A DNA stretch of 52,777 nt from a virus. Lineage: Duplodnaviria; Caudoviricetes. Made by a program: the position numbers and the translations under genes. The notes under the pieces were generated by a model. That model made no database searches, was not told the DNA's origin, and saw only the letters and a program-made list of their open reading frames with translations. The stretch covers positions 1 to 52,777 of the IMG/VR virus record IMGVR_UViG_3300036716_000305; one strand, given 5' to 3'. This document shows positions 28,053-37,242 of the stretch, one piece after another (position 1 is the stretch's first letter; each line of letters begins with the position of its first letter).

Positions 28053-29551
28053 TACTTTCTCCTTTTTGATCTTCTAATATTTAAGTATGTTATGTAGCTT
28101 TTAGTGTCTTTTGAGGGAGGCTTTGCGTTTGCATCTCTAAAGTCAGGGTCTGTTTTGAACCTAACTCTATAGCTGTGTACACACCATGATGGGTTGTATC
28201 CTTTAACGATAGCATATCCCATTAACTCTTCAAAAAAGTTCTTCTTAAAACCATCTCCATACCTTTCGGACTTCTCAACCTTTTTGGTTTTTTTGTCTAC
28301 TAAACCTAAAAGACCATCTACGTAAGCAACATGCTCACTCTTTGGTTTGGCTATATGACCACAGTTAGGACATATATTACTTCCAGAGAACACATGAAAA
28401 CAACCATCGCAAACAACTTGTGCCTCTTCTCTATCTTTAGAGTCTTTCCTTTCATTTTCCGAACTCCTTCCATTTGTCAGCACCCACTCATGGTCATCTG
28501 TTGCAAATCCACACGTATGAACGGCTCCTGAATGGTCAATGACGATTGCATTGGCCTTACCGGGGTAAGGTCTAAGAACTCTTCCAACCATCTGTATATA
28601 TAGCCCTAGAGACTTTGTTGGTCTCGCTAGGACGCATGTCTGAGCAATAGGGGCGTCAAACCCCTCTGTTAGAACCATGCAGTTACATATCACACTTATA
28701 TCGCCCCTGTTAAAGGCGGTGAGGACTTTTAATCTCTCTTCATTATCTGTTGTTCCATCAATGTGTGCAGCAGTAACTCCAGCTTGTTGGAATTGATTGG
28801 CAATATTCATTGAATGCTTAACGCTTGATGCGAAAACAATGGTGCTTGTGTCATTAGCTATGTGCTTCCAAGTTTCAACGATATTTCCAACCAGTTTAGG
28901 CTTATCCATAACATCGTTAAGATCTTTCTGGTTGTAGTCGTTGCCTATCGTTCCAACTTTCCTCAAGTCTGGAAGAGATGGCGCATAATAATTAGCAGTA
29001 ACTAAGCTTTTGTTCTCGGTTAATTCTTTAATGCTTGGAGCCTGAACCATGTCTGTGTATATATTGCCTAATCCAGTTCCATCACTGCGTATTGGTGTGG
29101 CTGTTAACCCGACAACTAATGGTGTACCAAGCTTCTCATAAAGCTCTAATAGCTTTAAATATGTTGGAGATGCAGACCTATGGGCCTCATCAATAACAAT
29201 CAAATCTGCTGATGGTAATTCCATCACTTTTCTTTCTATAACTCTAGCTCTAAGCGTGTCAATAGATGCTAATTGCACCCTTATATGGTCGCTAGATGGC
29301 ATTCCAGCCATTATTACCCCGTGGTCAACCCCTAGGTTATCTAGGGTCGTAGAGGCTTGTGTAATCAATTCTCTACGATGGGCTAAAAAAATAATTCTCT
29401 TGTCTTTAGAGATGTAGTGTTTTATTAATGCACTTGACATGACTGTTTTACCTGAGCCTGTCGCAGCTTGAAGAAGTATTCTTTTATGTCCAGATTTGGC
29501 AGAATGTACTATCTTATTTAAGACGTCTTTCTGATATTGCCTTAATTCCAT
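28052..29551 (-). CDS. SF2 (DEAH) DNA helicase with Zn finger
   Basis: LRQYQ, ATGSGKT, IDEAH, GLTATP, LTEGFD, QMVGRVLR, CDGC..CPNCG. Confidence 0.93.
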   Translation of the reverse strand: MELRQYQKDVLNKIVHSAKSGHKRILLQAATGSGKTVMSSALIKHYISKDKRIIFLAHRRELITQASTTLDNLGVDHGVIMAGMPSSDHIRVQLASIDTLRARVIERKVMELPSADLIVIDEAHRSASPTYLKLLELYEKLGTPLVVGLTATPIRSDGTGLGNIYTDMVQAPSIKELTENKSLVTANYYAPSLPDLRKVGTIGNDYNQKDLNDVMDKPKLVGNIVETWKHIANDTSTIVFASSVKHSMNIANQFQQAGVTAAHIDGTTDNEERLKVLTAFNRGDISVICNCMVLTEGFDAPIAQTCVLARPTKSLGLYIQMVGRVLRPYPGKANAIVIDHSGAVHTCGFATDDHEWVLTNGRSSENERKDSKDREEAQVVCDGCFHVFSGSNICPNCGHIAKPKSEHVAYVDGLLGLVDKKTKKVEKSERYGDGFKKNFFEELMGYAIVKGYNPSWCVHSYRVRFKTDPDFRDANAKPPSKDTKSYITYLNIRRSKRRK

Positions 29552-29570
29552 ACCAACTCCGTTATTAAGA

Positions 29571-29616
29571 ATCAGTTAAACCTATAGGACTGAAGCCTTA
29601 CATAGGTCTAACTGAT
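29571..29616 (-). promoter_or_regulatory. Long intergenic RNA hairpin (possible RNase III site or attenuator)
   Basis: Minus strand ATCAGTTAGACCTAT...ATAGGTTTAACTGAT, 15-bp stem with one G-U pair. Confidence 0.55.
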
Positions 29617-29629
29617 ATTTGCTTACCCT

Positions 29630-30139
29630 TTAAAAGGGAGGTTCGTCATCCATTCCAGCACTTGCCGAAGACAAACTTACTTCGGATTTTGGAGTGAAAG
29701 AGAAAGAACTACCCTCTCCACCATCGCCACCAGCGTACTCAACCAGCTCAAGGACTTGCACGGCTCTTAGTTCTGAGCCTACACCTGCGCGACCTTTGAA
29801 GTTGTACTCATATGTAGAGACTTCTACATTACAAACACTTCCGTTACCGATAATTGTGGTATCTACAGCATCACCAAACTTATCAACAACAACTGGGGCT
29901 GCTTTAGCGTCACCAGACTTCTTAAAAGTGCAACCACGCTTAACACCAATGGTTTCTACACCATCTTCAGACACCTTAATCTCAGGAGATGCTTTAGATG
30001 CTCTCCATTTTTTAGCTTGATCAGAGTCCAAAACAATAGTAATAGACCATTGCTGACCATCCTGATTAAAATTATCTTCTGTGTTAACGCCAAGTTTAGG
30101 CCACAAAACTTTTACATTTTCAAATACTGTTTTAGCCAT
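29630..30139 (-). CDS. Single-stranded DNA-binding protein (T7 gp2.5-like)
   Basis: IGNGS.C.V, LRAVQVLELVEY, acidic tail DDEPPF. Confidence 0.8.
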   Translation of the reverse strand: MAKTVFENVKVLWPKLGVNTEDNFNQDGQQWSITIVLDSDQAKKWRASKASPEIKVSEDGVETIGVKRGCTFKKSGDAKAAPVVVDKFGDAVDTTIIGNGSVCNVEVSTYEYNFKGRAGVGSELRAVQVLELVEYAGGDGGEGSSFSFTPKSEVSLSSASAGMDDEPPF

Positions 30140-30142
30140 TTG

Positions 30143-30433
30143 TTATACTCCTATATTTTTAAAGGTTTTTATCTTATAGCGAACCTTCATTTGATTCACT
30201 AATACTCTAGTCATCGCACGAACCATCGATAGTCTCTCACTCTTTTCAACCTGAGCGAATTGACGTTGATTCATGTTTAGACGTCTCTCGATCATTCGTG
30301 TCGCTTCAGCTCTCAACCTATTGGTTTTGAACGCTTTGACAGAACGACCATACCTAGCAATAGGCAGTATGTCCTCTTCGGACAACTCGTACATGCTAAA
30401 TTCTTTTGGTGTAATTAATTTTATTTCTATCAT
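30143..30433 (-). CDS. Hypothetical basic protein
   Basis: AAGGAG RBS before MIEIKLIT (start revised from 30481). Confidence 0.6.
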   Translation of the reverse strand: MIEIKLITPKEFSMYELSEEDILPIARYGRSVKAFKTNRLRAEATRMIERRLNMNQRQFAQVEKSERLSMVRAMTRVLVNQMKVRYKIKTFKNIGV

Positions 30434-30444
30434 ATTACTCCTTA

Positions 30445-30562
30445 TAAAAAAGAGCCATAAAAGACTATGCAGGAGGTGCATTGTGGTAGTAGTCTTCTAT
30501 GGCTTATTTATTATTATCACTTTCCACTACCACGTGGACCGGTGTAATTAAAATTTATTCTC
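30445..30562 (-). ncRNA. Candidate sRNA or attenuating leader with anti-SD (CCUCC) loop
   Basis: Starts at the promoter-like element; 15-bp stem (30504-30490/30467-30453), inner UGCA-CCUCC-UGCA hairpin, followed by a U-tract. Confidence 0.45.
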
Positions 30563-30581
30563 TATAACCCGTAGGACGAGA
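30552..30581 (-). promoter_or_regulatory. Putative phage RNAP promoter (leftward, replication genes)
   Basis: TCTCGTCCTACGGGTTATAGAGAATAAATT, exact copy of 41804-41833 on the opposite strand; TATA|GAG initiation-like end; abuts the RNAP stop. Confidence 0.75.
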
Positions 30582-30582
30582 T

Positions 30583-33015
30583 TCAACAGAAGAAATAATC
30601 TGAATCAACGACCTTTGAGATATCCAGTCTTCCTAGTTTAGGAGGGTGTTCTGTATATCCAATACCAGCCATATCTTTTCTTATATGACCAAATATATCC
30701 CTATCGTACATATTGATAAAGACGCTCTTTGTTACTCTTACTAAGTCTTCAACATCATCTGCATGGACACTATAAGAATCATGAATAGCGCCAAACGATG
30801 TAATACCCATATCATGTAGTTCATTAATGACCAGTGACATATGGCTAGCATCCATGCTGTGAACGTAGTTGGGGCTTATCCCACTCATTACCTCATGTAT
30901 AGCTGGTATTTCAGTTTGCTCTCTATAAACTAAAACGATCTTTTTGTTTTTGTAGAACAATGATACATCCTTTTGTCGAGTTACCCACTTCTCAGATATA
31001 ACTGGGAAGCCACTGGGAGTTGACCAAGTAACACAACTATGCCCCTCATCTTTCATTACATACTTCACAACAGATTGCAGGTAGTTCTTAATAGCTACTG
31101 GGCCACTACATATAGTGTTGTATGTATCAACCAAGTCCTTACTAAGCTTTCTAGCGATTGACTTTGTTATTCCATACTTTGTGGTCATCCCGGCATTGTA
31201 GCAGTCTGTATAGATAATGTCAGCGATACAGTTGACTCCAGCATCGTATGCCTTGGTCATAGACCCACGCTTACTAATTCCTTTACGAATCAGCTTCATC
31301 GGTATCTTAGCCAAGACAGCGCCCAAGTCAGTACCAATATTTCTATTGATAATTCCTTTGGCCACAATGATGTAGAAGTCTATCGGCTTATCTTTAGGTA
31401 TTAAACCGACCATACCGCCAGACACCTCATCTCTACTCATAGCCGCTAGATGTTGTGTTCCGTTTGAACTTCCATCTATGGATATTGGTAGTCGTGTGTA
31501 GTATTCATCACCAGACAACAAAGAACCATGATAGGCACAAACTTCAAAACAAAGGGACAGAAATACCCAAGGTTTCTCAGCATCCATCCAAATGTCTTTA
31601 TTCTTTAATGGATCTTCAGCAATATCCCATAATAACTCGATATTCTCTTCAGCCCATCTAAACCTGTCATTTAGCGACATTTTGTCCACACTCAGGTCAG
31701 GTATTCCATCAGCCTTAAGGTCTGTCACATAGTCAACCTCGAGCCAATCAAGCTTATTCAACTCATTAATCGTATATGATTTGTTGAAACTGTTGGCTGT
31801 GTGGATCATCATCCACCTATAACCTTTGTCAGTCATTAACCTCTTCTCATTGAACATTAAATGCCCTCTGGCAAGGTCGCTAGACTGATATGAAAAGAAC
31901 GGGTCTTTAGCATATATACGCCCTCTAAAGTCTAAAAACATAGACTGATAGAAAGAGTACGATGCCCAGCCACTAGGACCATTAATAGTCTCTAAGATTG
32001 CCTTATCTCTAGCTGCTTTGGATTGTTTGGCTAAGCAGTATTGCTTTGCTATCCAATTCTGATTATGAGCCTCAAACAAGACTTCTGTCTCTTTGATTTG
32101 CTCCTTAATCTTTAAGGCAACCTTTCCACCATCCTTTAAAGACCTTACTCTTCTGAAGAGTTTATTCAATTCAGACTCAATAGTCTTAACTGTTGTGGCG
32201 TTTCCCTTTTCTGGTTGGAATATCGCTCCATCCTTGTACAGGTCTACACCAATCAATTGTTTATTGAACGAGCCTCTTCTGATGTCTCTTACATCAAACA
32301 CCCTGTCTTTATTATTTATATCTTTAAGAACTATGGTGGTCGAGGTAATGTCATCCTCTAAAGACTCTGAGACTCTTGCAACATCTGGATTAACAATCCA
32401 TTTGACAGATTCAAGGTTGTTGACCGCCTTTACATATTCAGCCTTTGATTCTATAGTGTTCACCTTAGACTTAACAAGCTTACTTTTAATACCACCTACC
32501 ATGCGCTCGTTGGACTCCCATTGGGGGTACTTGTAGAGGCTGATACCAGACCGTTCTTTCTCGATAAAGCTAATATCCATGAAGTTGACACCCATCTCTA
32601 AATGATATGGCTGTAATCTTAACGTTCTTGTGATATTGTTCGACTTTATCTGCTCTAATGTAAAGTACGGCTCTCTACCCATTACTAAGTAGTCCGCAGA
32701 CACTAGTCTTGTTAGTATTAGCCAACCAAGCCTCATCCTATCGTCAGATGATACATCTAGAGACAGGTTGTCTTTTACAATACCTCCAATAACCATGTTG
32801 GCATTTGTTAGCATTATGTGTCCATCATGCCTCCTGAATTGCCCAATTAGGGCGAGGAATGAATCTTTAACAATATTGAACATTCTAAAATCATCTCTAA
32901 GGCATTTTGCATTCCTGATGATCTTACATGCAATGTTATTATTGTTGCGCTTGTGCATAACGTAGTCTTCTACGATCCACACAATCTCTTGAATTTCATT
33001 TCGATTGTCTTGCAT
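30583..33015 (-). CDS. T7-like single-subunit DNA-dependent RNA polymerase
   Basis: DFRGRIY, PISIDGSSNGTQH, RKGISKRGSMTKAY, W.TPSGFPV, SPNYVHSMDASH, IHDSY; start ATG 33015 preferred (track gives 33066). Confidence 0.95.
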   Translation of the reverse strand: MQDNRNEIQEIVWIVEDYVMHKRNNNNIACKIIRNAKCLRDDFRMFNIVKDSFLALIGQFRRHDGHIMLTNANMVIGGIVKDNLSLDVSSDDRMRLGWLILTRLVSADYLVMGREPYFTLEQIKSNNITRTLRLQPYHLEMGVNFMDISFIEKERSGISLYKYPQWESNERMVGGIKSKLVKSKVNTIESKAEYVKAVNNLESVKWIVNPDVARVSESLEDDITSTTIVLKDINNKDRVFDVRDIRRGSFNKQLIGVDLYKDGAIFQPEKGNATTVKTIESELNKLFRRVRSLKDGGKVALKIKEQIKETEVLFEAHNQNWIAKQYCLAKQSKAARDKAILETINGPSGWASYSFYQSMFLDFRGRIYAKDPFFSYQSSDLARGHLMFNEKRLMTDKGYRWMMIHTANSFNKSYTINELNKLDWLEVDYVTDLKADGIPDLSVDKMSLNDRFRWAEENIELLWDIAEDPLKNKDIWMDAEKPWVFLSLCFEVCAYHGSLLSGDEYYTRLPISIDGSSNGTQHLAAMSRDEVSGGMVGLIPKDKPIDFYIIVAKGIINRNIGTDLGAVLAKIPMKLIRKGISKRGSMTKAYDAGVNCIADIIYTDCYNAGMTTKYGITKSIARKLSKDLVDTYNTICSGPVAIKNYLQSVVKYVMKDEGHSCVTWSTPSGFPVISEKWVTRQKDVSLFYKNKKIVLVYREQTEIPAIHEVMSGISPNYVHSMDASHMSLVINELHDMGITSFGAIHDSYSVHADDVEDLVRVTKSVFINMYDRDIFGHIRKDMAGIGYTEHPPKLGRLDISKVVDSDYFFC

Positions 33016-33037
33016 AGCTACCACCCTATATAATGAA

Positions 33038-33196
33038 TTATTTGTCTTTCTTGTTAAAGGCGTCAATAACCCTTATTGGATTTACTTCCTTACCTCGCCT
33101 AGTATCTCGCCACTCATATGTGTAGCGTTCTTTACCTGTCACCGACCAATACACATCTGACTTAAAACCATCCCAAAGATCTTTGAAGAAGCTCAA
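33038..33196 (-). CDS. Hypothetical protein (52 aa; not in ORF track)
   Basis: TTG start overlapping the upstream stop, GGAG upstream (MSFFKDLWDGFKS...). Confidence 0.4.
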   Translation of the reverse strand: MSFFKDLWDGFKSDVYWSVTGKERYTYEWRDTRRGKEVNPIRVIDAFNKKDK

Positions 33197-33387
33197 TTCA
33201 GACTCTCCATTACTGTGAAGAGCCTCCTCATACTTGTGCGGTCTTCTTTGGTTTTAACATTGAAGTGCAACGTTCGCTCCAATGGCATGTCGTTAGTTAC
33301 TGTTTCGAGACCCTCTTCCGAGGCAATACTATAAAGAGTATCCGCACCTTTTTGAGTATCCATCTGAATTGTTATAATTATATTCAT
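33193..33387 (-). CDS. Hypothetical protein
   Basis: ATGA-coupled to the primase stop. Confidence 0.6.
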   Translation of the reverse strand: MNIIITIQMDTQKGADTLYSIASEEGLETVTNDMPLERTLHFNVKTKEDRTSMRRLFTVMESLN

Positions 33388-34316
33388 TTTAATCCTTTCA
33401 TGTGTAAATCATTAAAGTCTGTGCCTACCTGTTCGGGTAGAAATACATACACCTCTAAACCTTTATTTCTGAGCTTCTTAGCAAGGATATAGGCCGATGC
33501 TTGACCAGTAAAGGATTTGTCATTATCTCCATAGATAAACACAGTCTTAACCTTTTCTGGCGGTACAAAACTTTCCAAGCCACCTGAACTAACCGTTGCG
33601 AATGCCGGCAACCCACAATCAATATGGGCAGCATAAGCGGTCTCAACACCCTCAGCAATACAGATCTTATCTTCAAAGTCAATATGAAGCCTAATCGCAG
33701 CGCCACTTATTGTACCTTTAGGAGGCATAACCTTTCTTGCTGGGTCTAGATTAGCTTTCTTACCATCCTTAGTATATGTAAGGTGATAAGAGACCCCATT
33801 ACCCTCGTAGTCCTGAATTAAAGACACAAGGGTATCGTATGTACCAACTACGCGACCATCAGCCCAGTAGTCAAGCTTAGCCTCTCTCAAGCCATCAGGT
33901 ATCCCACCAAACCCTCTAGACATTAAGTACTTGTGAACACTCCCGGATGGGTGTATTCTCGAAGTCTTCTGAGCCACATTCCTTAGAGCAGGAACAGGGT
34001 CTCTCTTAGCTGTCTTGGGTTTTGCGAATACCTCAGGATTGTTGTTGTAGTCAACAATGGGTTTAACCATTTCTACAGCTTGTGCGAAACCAATCCCTTG
34101 GTACTTCATGAGTAACGTCCAGCCATCACCATTGCCACAACCGCGACAAAGATAAACACCAGCATCGTTCATGTCTGTAAAGGCAAAACGATCTTTACCT
34201 CCACACATTGGGCAAGGAGTATTCTTACCGCTTAGAAATGTTTCGTCAATACCGCATTGCGATAGTATCCCAAACCATTTCCCTTTTACCATTTCGGTAA
34301 TATCTTCTCTATACAT
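33384..34316 (-). CDS. DNA primase (Zn-ribbon + Toprim)
   Basis: PCPMCGGKDRF...CRGCG.GDG; IAEGVETA; YGDND; DFND. Confidence 0.9.
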   Translation of the reverse strand: MYREDITEMVKGKWFGILSQCGIDETFLSGKNTPCPMCGGKDRFAFTDMNDAGVYLCRGCGNGDGWTLLMKYQGIGFAQAVEMVKPIVDYNNNPEVFAKPKTAKRDPVPALRNVAQKTSRIHPSGSVHKYLMSRGFGGIPDGLREAKLDYWADGRVVGTYDTLVSLIQDYEGNGVSYHLTYTKDGKKANLDPARKVMPPKGTISGAAIRLHIDFEDKICIAEGVETAYAAHIDCGLPAFATVSSGGLESFVPPEKVKTVFIYGDNDKSFTGQASAYILAKKLRNKGLEVYVFLPEQVGTDFNDLHMKGLK

Positions 34317-34354
34317 CTTATTACTCCTTATTTATTATTAATTACACCACTAAC

Positions 34355-34750
34355 TTACCAGACTTTCTCCTCCATGGCTTTGTGCCAAGACTTCTTCCAG
34401 TCTGACTCTCTGGCGTAAGCTTCCTCCTCGTTGTTAGCGAAGTCGTTAAAATCAAACCTACCATCCCTATACTGCTCGAAATGAATCAGTTCGTGAGCAT
34501 AGGTTGTCAAGAGTTCGTCAATAAACAGGTCATCGCTCTCTAAGAGTTGTACTCTTGAACCACAAACTATATTAATCTCTATTGGGAACTCCTCCCAAGG
34601 ATCGGTCTCTTCAAAGAAAGGGTTAAAGAAACCCTCTATGTACCATTCGGCATTTATGCCTTGGCAAGCTTCCGCATCTTCGACTACGTTCAACTCAACA
34701 TAGTCTGGCAATGCAAAGCGCATTGTTTTAGCCATTCTCTCTATGTTCAT
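34355..34750 (-). CDS. HExxH metallopeptidase-like protein
   Basis: YAHELIHFEQY...EEEAY. Confidence 0.6.
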   Translation of the reverse strand: MNIERMAKTMRFALPDYVELNVVEDAEACQGINAEWYIEGFFNPFFEETDPWEEFPIEINIVCGSRVQLLESDDLFIDELLTTYAHELIHFEQYRDGRFDFNDFANNEEEAYARESDWKKSWHKAMEEKVW

Positions 34751-34808
34751 AATTTACCCCTAAGTCATTGTACTTGTTACAATTATAACAAATAATAACC
34801 ACTAAGTG

Positions 34809-35114
34809 TCAGTCATCTTCATATTCTCCAGTTATTCCATCAGGATTGTAGCTCTCATGTTCCATCCAATATTCAAGGAATGATCTAAGCGCCCGAATAT
34901 CTTCGATTTTCTCTACATCAACAGATATTGACTTAAAGCCAACCTCTCTTTCATCTAAAGATGCTTTTAACGAATCACCTGAAAAGTCCACATCTTGCTG
35001 AATTACCTTACCCTCAACAAAATCCATTTCCATGTCGCTCTGTGTTGCTAGGCAAAGTAACTGCCACATCTTATGCTTCTTCTCAAAGTCATTTTCAATT
35101 ATTAGTATTTTCAT
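34809..35114 (-). CDS. Hypothetical protein
   Basis: Coupled ORF with AGGAG RBS. Confidence 0.65.
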   Translation of the reverse strand: MKILIIENDFEKKHKMWQLLCLATQSDMEMDFVEGKVIQQDVDFSGDSLKASLDEREVGFKSISVDVEKIEDIRALRSFLEYWMEHESYNPDGITGEYEDD

Positions 35115-35332
35115 TTGTTACTCCTTTTTAGTTCTAAAATTGCTTCTAATCCCTCAATGATAAAAGACCATTCTTGGGAGTTGTTACCCTCAAAGCACAA
35201 ATGTGACCATTCATCATTAGAGAGTGTTGTGTCTAACGCGTGTTCAATAGACTCCTTATTCCAATGAGCTATTATGATGTTATCCTCTAACGGCTCTTCT
35301 TCCAATATTTCTATTGCTTCTTTTACTAGCAT
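35111..35332 (-). CDS. Hypothetical protein
   Basis: Coupled ORF with AGGAG RBS. Confidence 0.65.
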   Translation of the reverse strand: MLVKEAIEILEEEPLEDNIIIAHWNKESIEHALDTTLSNDEWSHLCFEGNNSQEWSFIIEGLEAILELKRSNK

Positions 35333-35333
35333 T

Positions 35334-35564
35334 TTACGCTCCTACTGGTAGTATTGAAATGTCTTTATCTGATGTGTATAACGCACCGGGGCCATTACCC
35401 TCATCATCTTGACTTGGAAATAAGAACGAACCATCAGTAAACTCTATTATTGGACAAGATCTGTCCCAATACATTTCTTTCTGTTCATCCTCGGTCATCC
35501 ATCGAATTGACTGAATGACTTTCCCTTTGAATGCCTTTGTGGCTTCATCTTCCCAGTTTCTCAT
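35334..35564 (-). CDS. Hypothetical phage protein
   Basis: AGGAG RBS; PSQDDEGNGPGAL motif. Confidence 0.7.
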   Translation of the reverse strand: MRNWEDEATKAFKGKVIQSIRWMTEDEQKEMYWDRSCPIIEFTDGSFLFPSQDDEGNGPGALYTSDKDISILPVGA

Positions 35565-35737
35565 TTTATTACTCCTATGAAATCATCTAATTGGTCTTCC
35601 GTTACTTCATCATTCCATTCATCTAAATGGCTCTTCAGTAAACTTATGTATGTTCTAAACGCATCGTCCTTACTACTGGCGATAACCTTTGCTACATCTC
35701 TTACAAGCCATTCTGGCTTAATTATTTCAAAAACCAT
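35561..35737 (-). CDS. Hypothetical protein
   Basis: AAGGAG RBS before MVFEIIKP. Confidence 0.55.
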   Translation of the reverse strand: MVFEIIKPEWLVRDVAKVIASSKDDAFRTYISLLKSHLDEWNDEVTEDQLDDFIGVIK

Positions 35738-35756
35738 ACTTACTCCTTTATTATTA

Positions 35757-36836
35757 TTAATCATCTCTTTCAACCCTCATCTCTTGCAAGATGTGGCTTA
35801 TTACATCGACAGTCCAACCATTACCAAGCATACGGTATCGCTGGGTATTTGACACACCCTCTGTGTAGTTGTCAGGTACGGTTTGCAGTCTTTCGCATTC
35901 CAAAGGCGTTAGTTTGCGATAGGTTGGGTGTTCATACCGCATGTAATCATAGTTCGCAGCAGTCAGACAGTTACTCTTGTCTTTCATGTTGCGCCCTCTT
36001 CTGGTCTTTGAGTTGATAAAGGTAGCATCAAAGCAATCACCATCTTCTATCTCTGTATAGCCTTTTTTGGTGGCTTCTGGAACAACTAAAACCTTTGGCT
36101 CTCTGTGACCACCACCCATCGTTGTCAAGGTAGGGGATTTTCCATCACGGTGATAAACTCTTTTAATAGAGTCATTCCCACTTAGATCTGCATCGCCCAC
36201 ATGGCACAACCCATCCTTGGAGAACACTAACTGTCTACGGTGCTTCTCAAAGTAAGACTTTAAGTTGCCACCTTTGAAGTAGTTAGCATCTATACAGAAA
36301 CTTTTGTCTCTATCGACAACTCCATCTTCCAGAATATCCTTTAGAACAATACCCTTATCTTCGGGTTGTTCGATGTTTGGGATATTAGTCCAATACAGTC
36401 TCACTCTATTCTGAGCGCAAAGCAAAGAACTATTGATCTTTACCGGCTTACAACCTACGGCCTCGCTGATAACGTCTTGATACTCCTGTTTCATTCTTAC
36501 ATTCTCTAGCAAGAAGTATTTAGGCTTGCATTCCTTTAGCAAGCGAACAAACTCAAAGAACAACGCTGACCTTGGGTCATCAAAGTTCAACTGTTTGCCA
36601 GCGAAAGAGAATCCTTGACAGGGACTTCCACCAATCAACAAGTCAATCTCTGGAAGCTGACTTGCTTTAACTTGTGTTACATCTCCGATATGCTCCATGT
36701 TCGGAAAGTTCTTCTTAGCTATCTTCATAGCCCATTTATCAATCTCAGATGCATAATAGTTATCCACCTTTACTCCAAGTTTAGCCAGTGCTATCTGCCC
36801 ACAACTCATACCATCAAATAAACTTAATACATTCAT
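35757..36836 (-). CDS. C5-cytosine DNA methyltransferase (orphan)
   Basis: LSLFDG, GGSPCQGFS, LLENV, QNRVRLYW, RKLTPLECERLQ, LGNGW. Confidence 0.93.
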   Translation of the reverse strand: MNVLSLFDGMSCGQIALAKLGVKVDNYYASEIDKWAMKIAKKNFPNMEHIGDVTQVKASQLPEIDLLIGGSPCQGFSFAGKQLNFDDPRSALFFEFVRLLKECKPKYFLLENVRMKQEYQDVISEAVGCKPVKINSSLLCAQNRVRLYWTNIPNIEQPEDKGIVLKDILEDGVVDRDKSFCIDANYFKGGNLKSYFEKHRRQLVFSKDGLCHVGDADLSGNDSIKRVYHRDGKSPTLTTMGGGHREPKVLVVPEATKKGYTEIEDGDCFDATFINSKTRRGRNMKDKSNCLTAANYDYMRYEHPTYRKLTPLECERLQTVPDNYTEGVSNTQRYRMLGNGWTVDVISHILQEMRVERDD

Positions 36837-36846
36837 TATGTTTCTC

Positions 36847-37242
36847 CTATCTTGTTAACATTATGCCAGAAGCCTCAATAACTGTAAAGTCACTATGCTT
36901 TATTGGCTTGTCATTTCCCACCACAAATGATGTATATTTGTAGGGATTAAAGCGCACTTTGCGAGTTGGTATGAATGTTTTGGCATTCTTATCAATCTGT
37001 ACCTTTCTTCCTAATCGGCTCACAAAGCCTTTCATTTGGACGATGTGTCCGTTAACTGTAGCTACTACAGCTTTACGCTTATCGCGTCTTATACGGGCAA
37101 CACCGGCCTCTGAGACCTGAAACGTCACATCTGAGAGCTTAATCTCGTCACAATGACCAACAACCAGCCCTGATGACTGATCTTTAATCGATAGCTTACC
37201 GTTGTGTAAGTTTCGATACACTTTGTACATTAAATTATTCAT
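36847..37242 (-). CDS. Conserved-looking phage protein of unknown function
   Basis: VYRNLH...G.V..H...L.DV.F.VSEAG..R...K...FNPY pattern; AGGAG RBS. Confidence 0.7.
   Translation of the reverse strand: MNNLMYKVYRNLHNGKLSIKDQSSGLVVGHCDEIKLSDVTFQVSEAGVARIRRDKRKAVVATVNGHIVQMKGFVSRLGRKVQIDKNAKTFIPTRKVRFNPYKYTSFVVGNDKPIKHSDFTVIEASGIMLTR

Noticed and set aside
30583-33066. Family A DNA polymerase
   Set aside because: The motifs (DFRGR, DGSSNG.QH, PNYVHSMDASH, IHDS) are those of T7-type RNA polymerase; no exonuclease domain.
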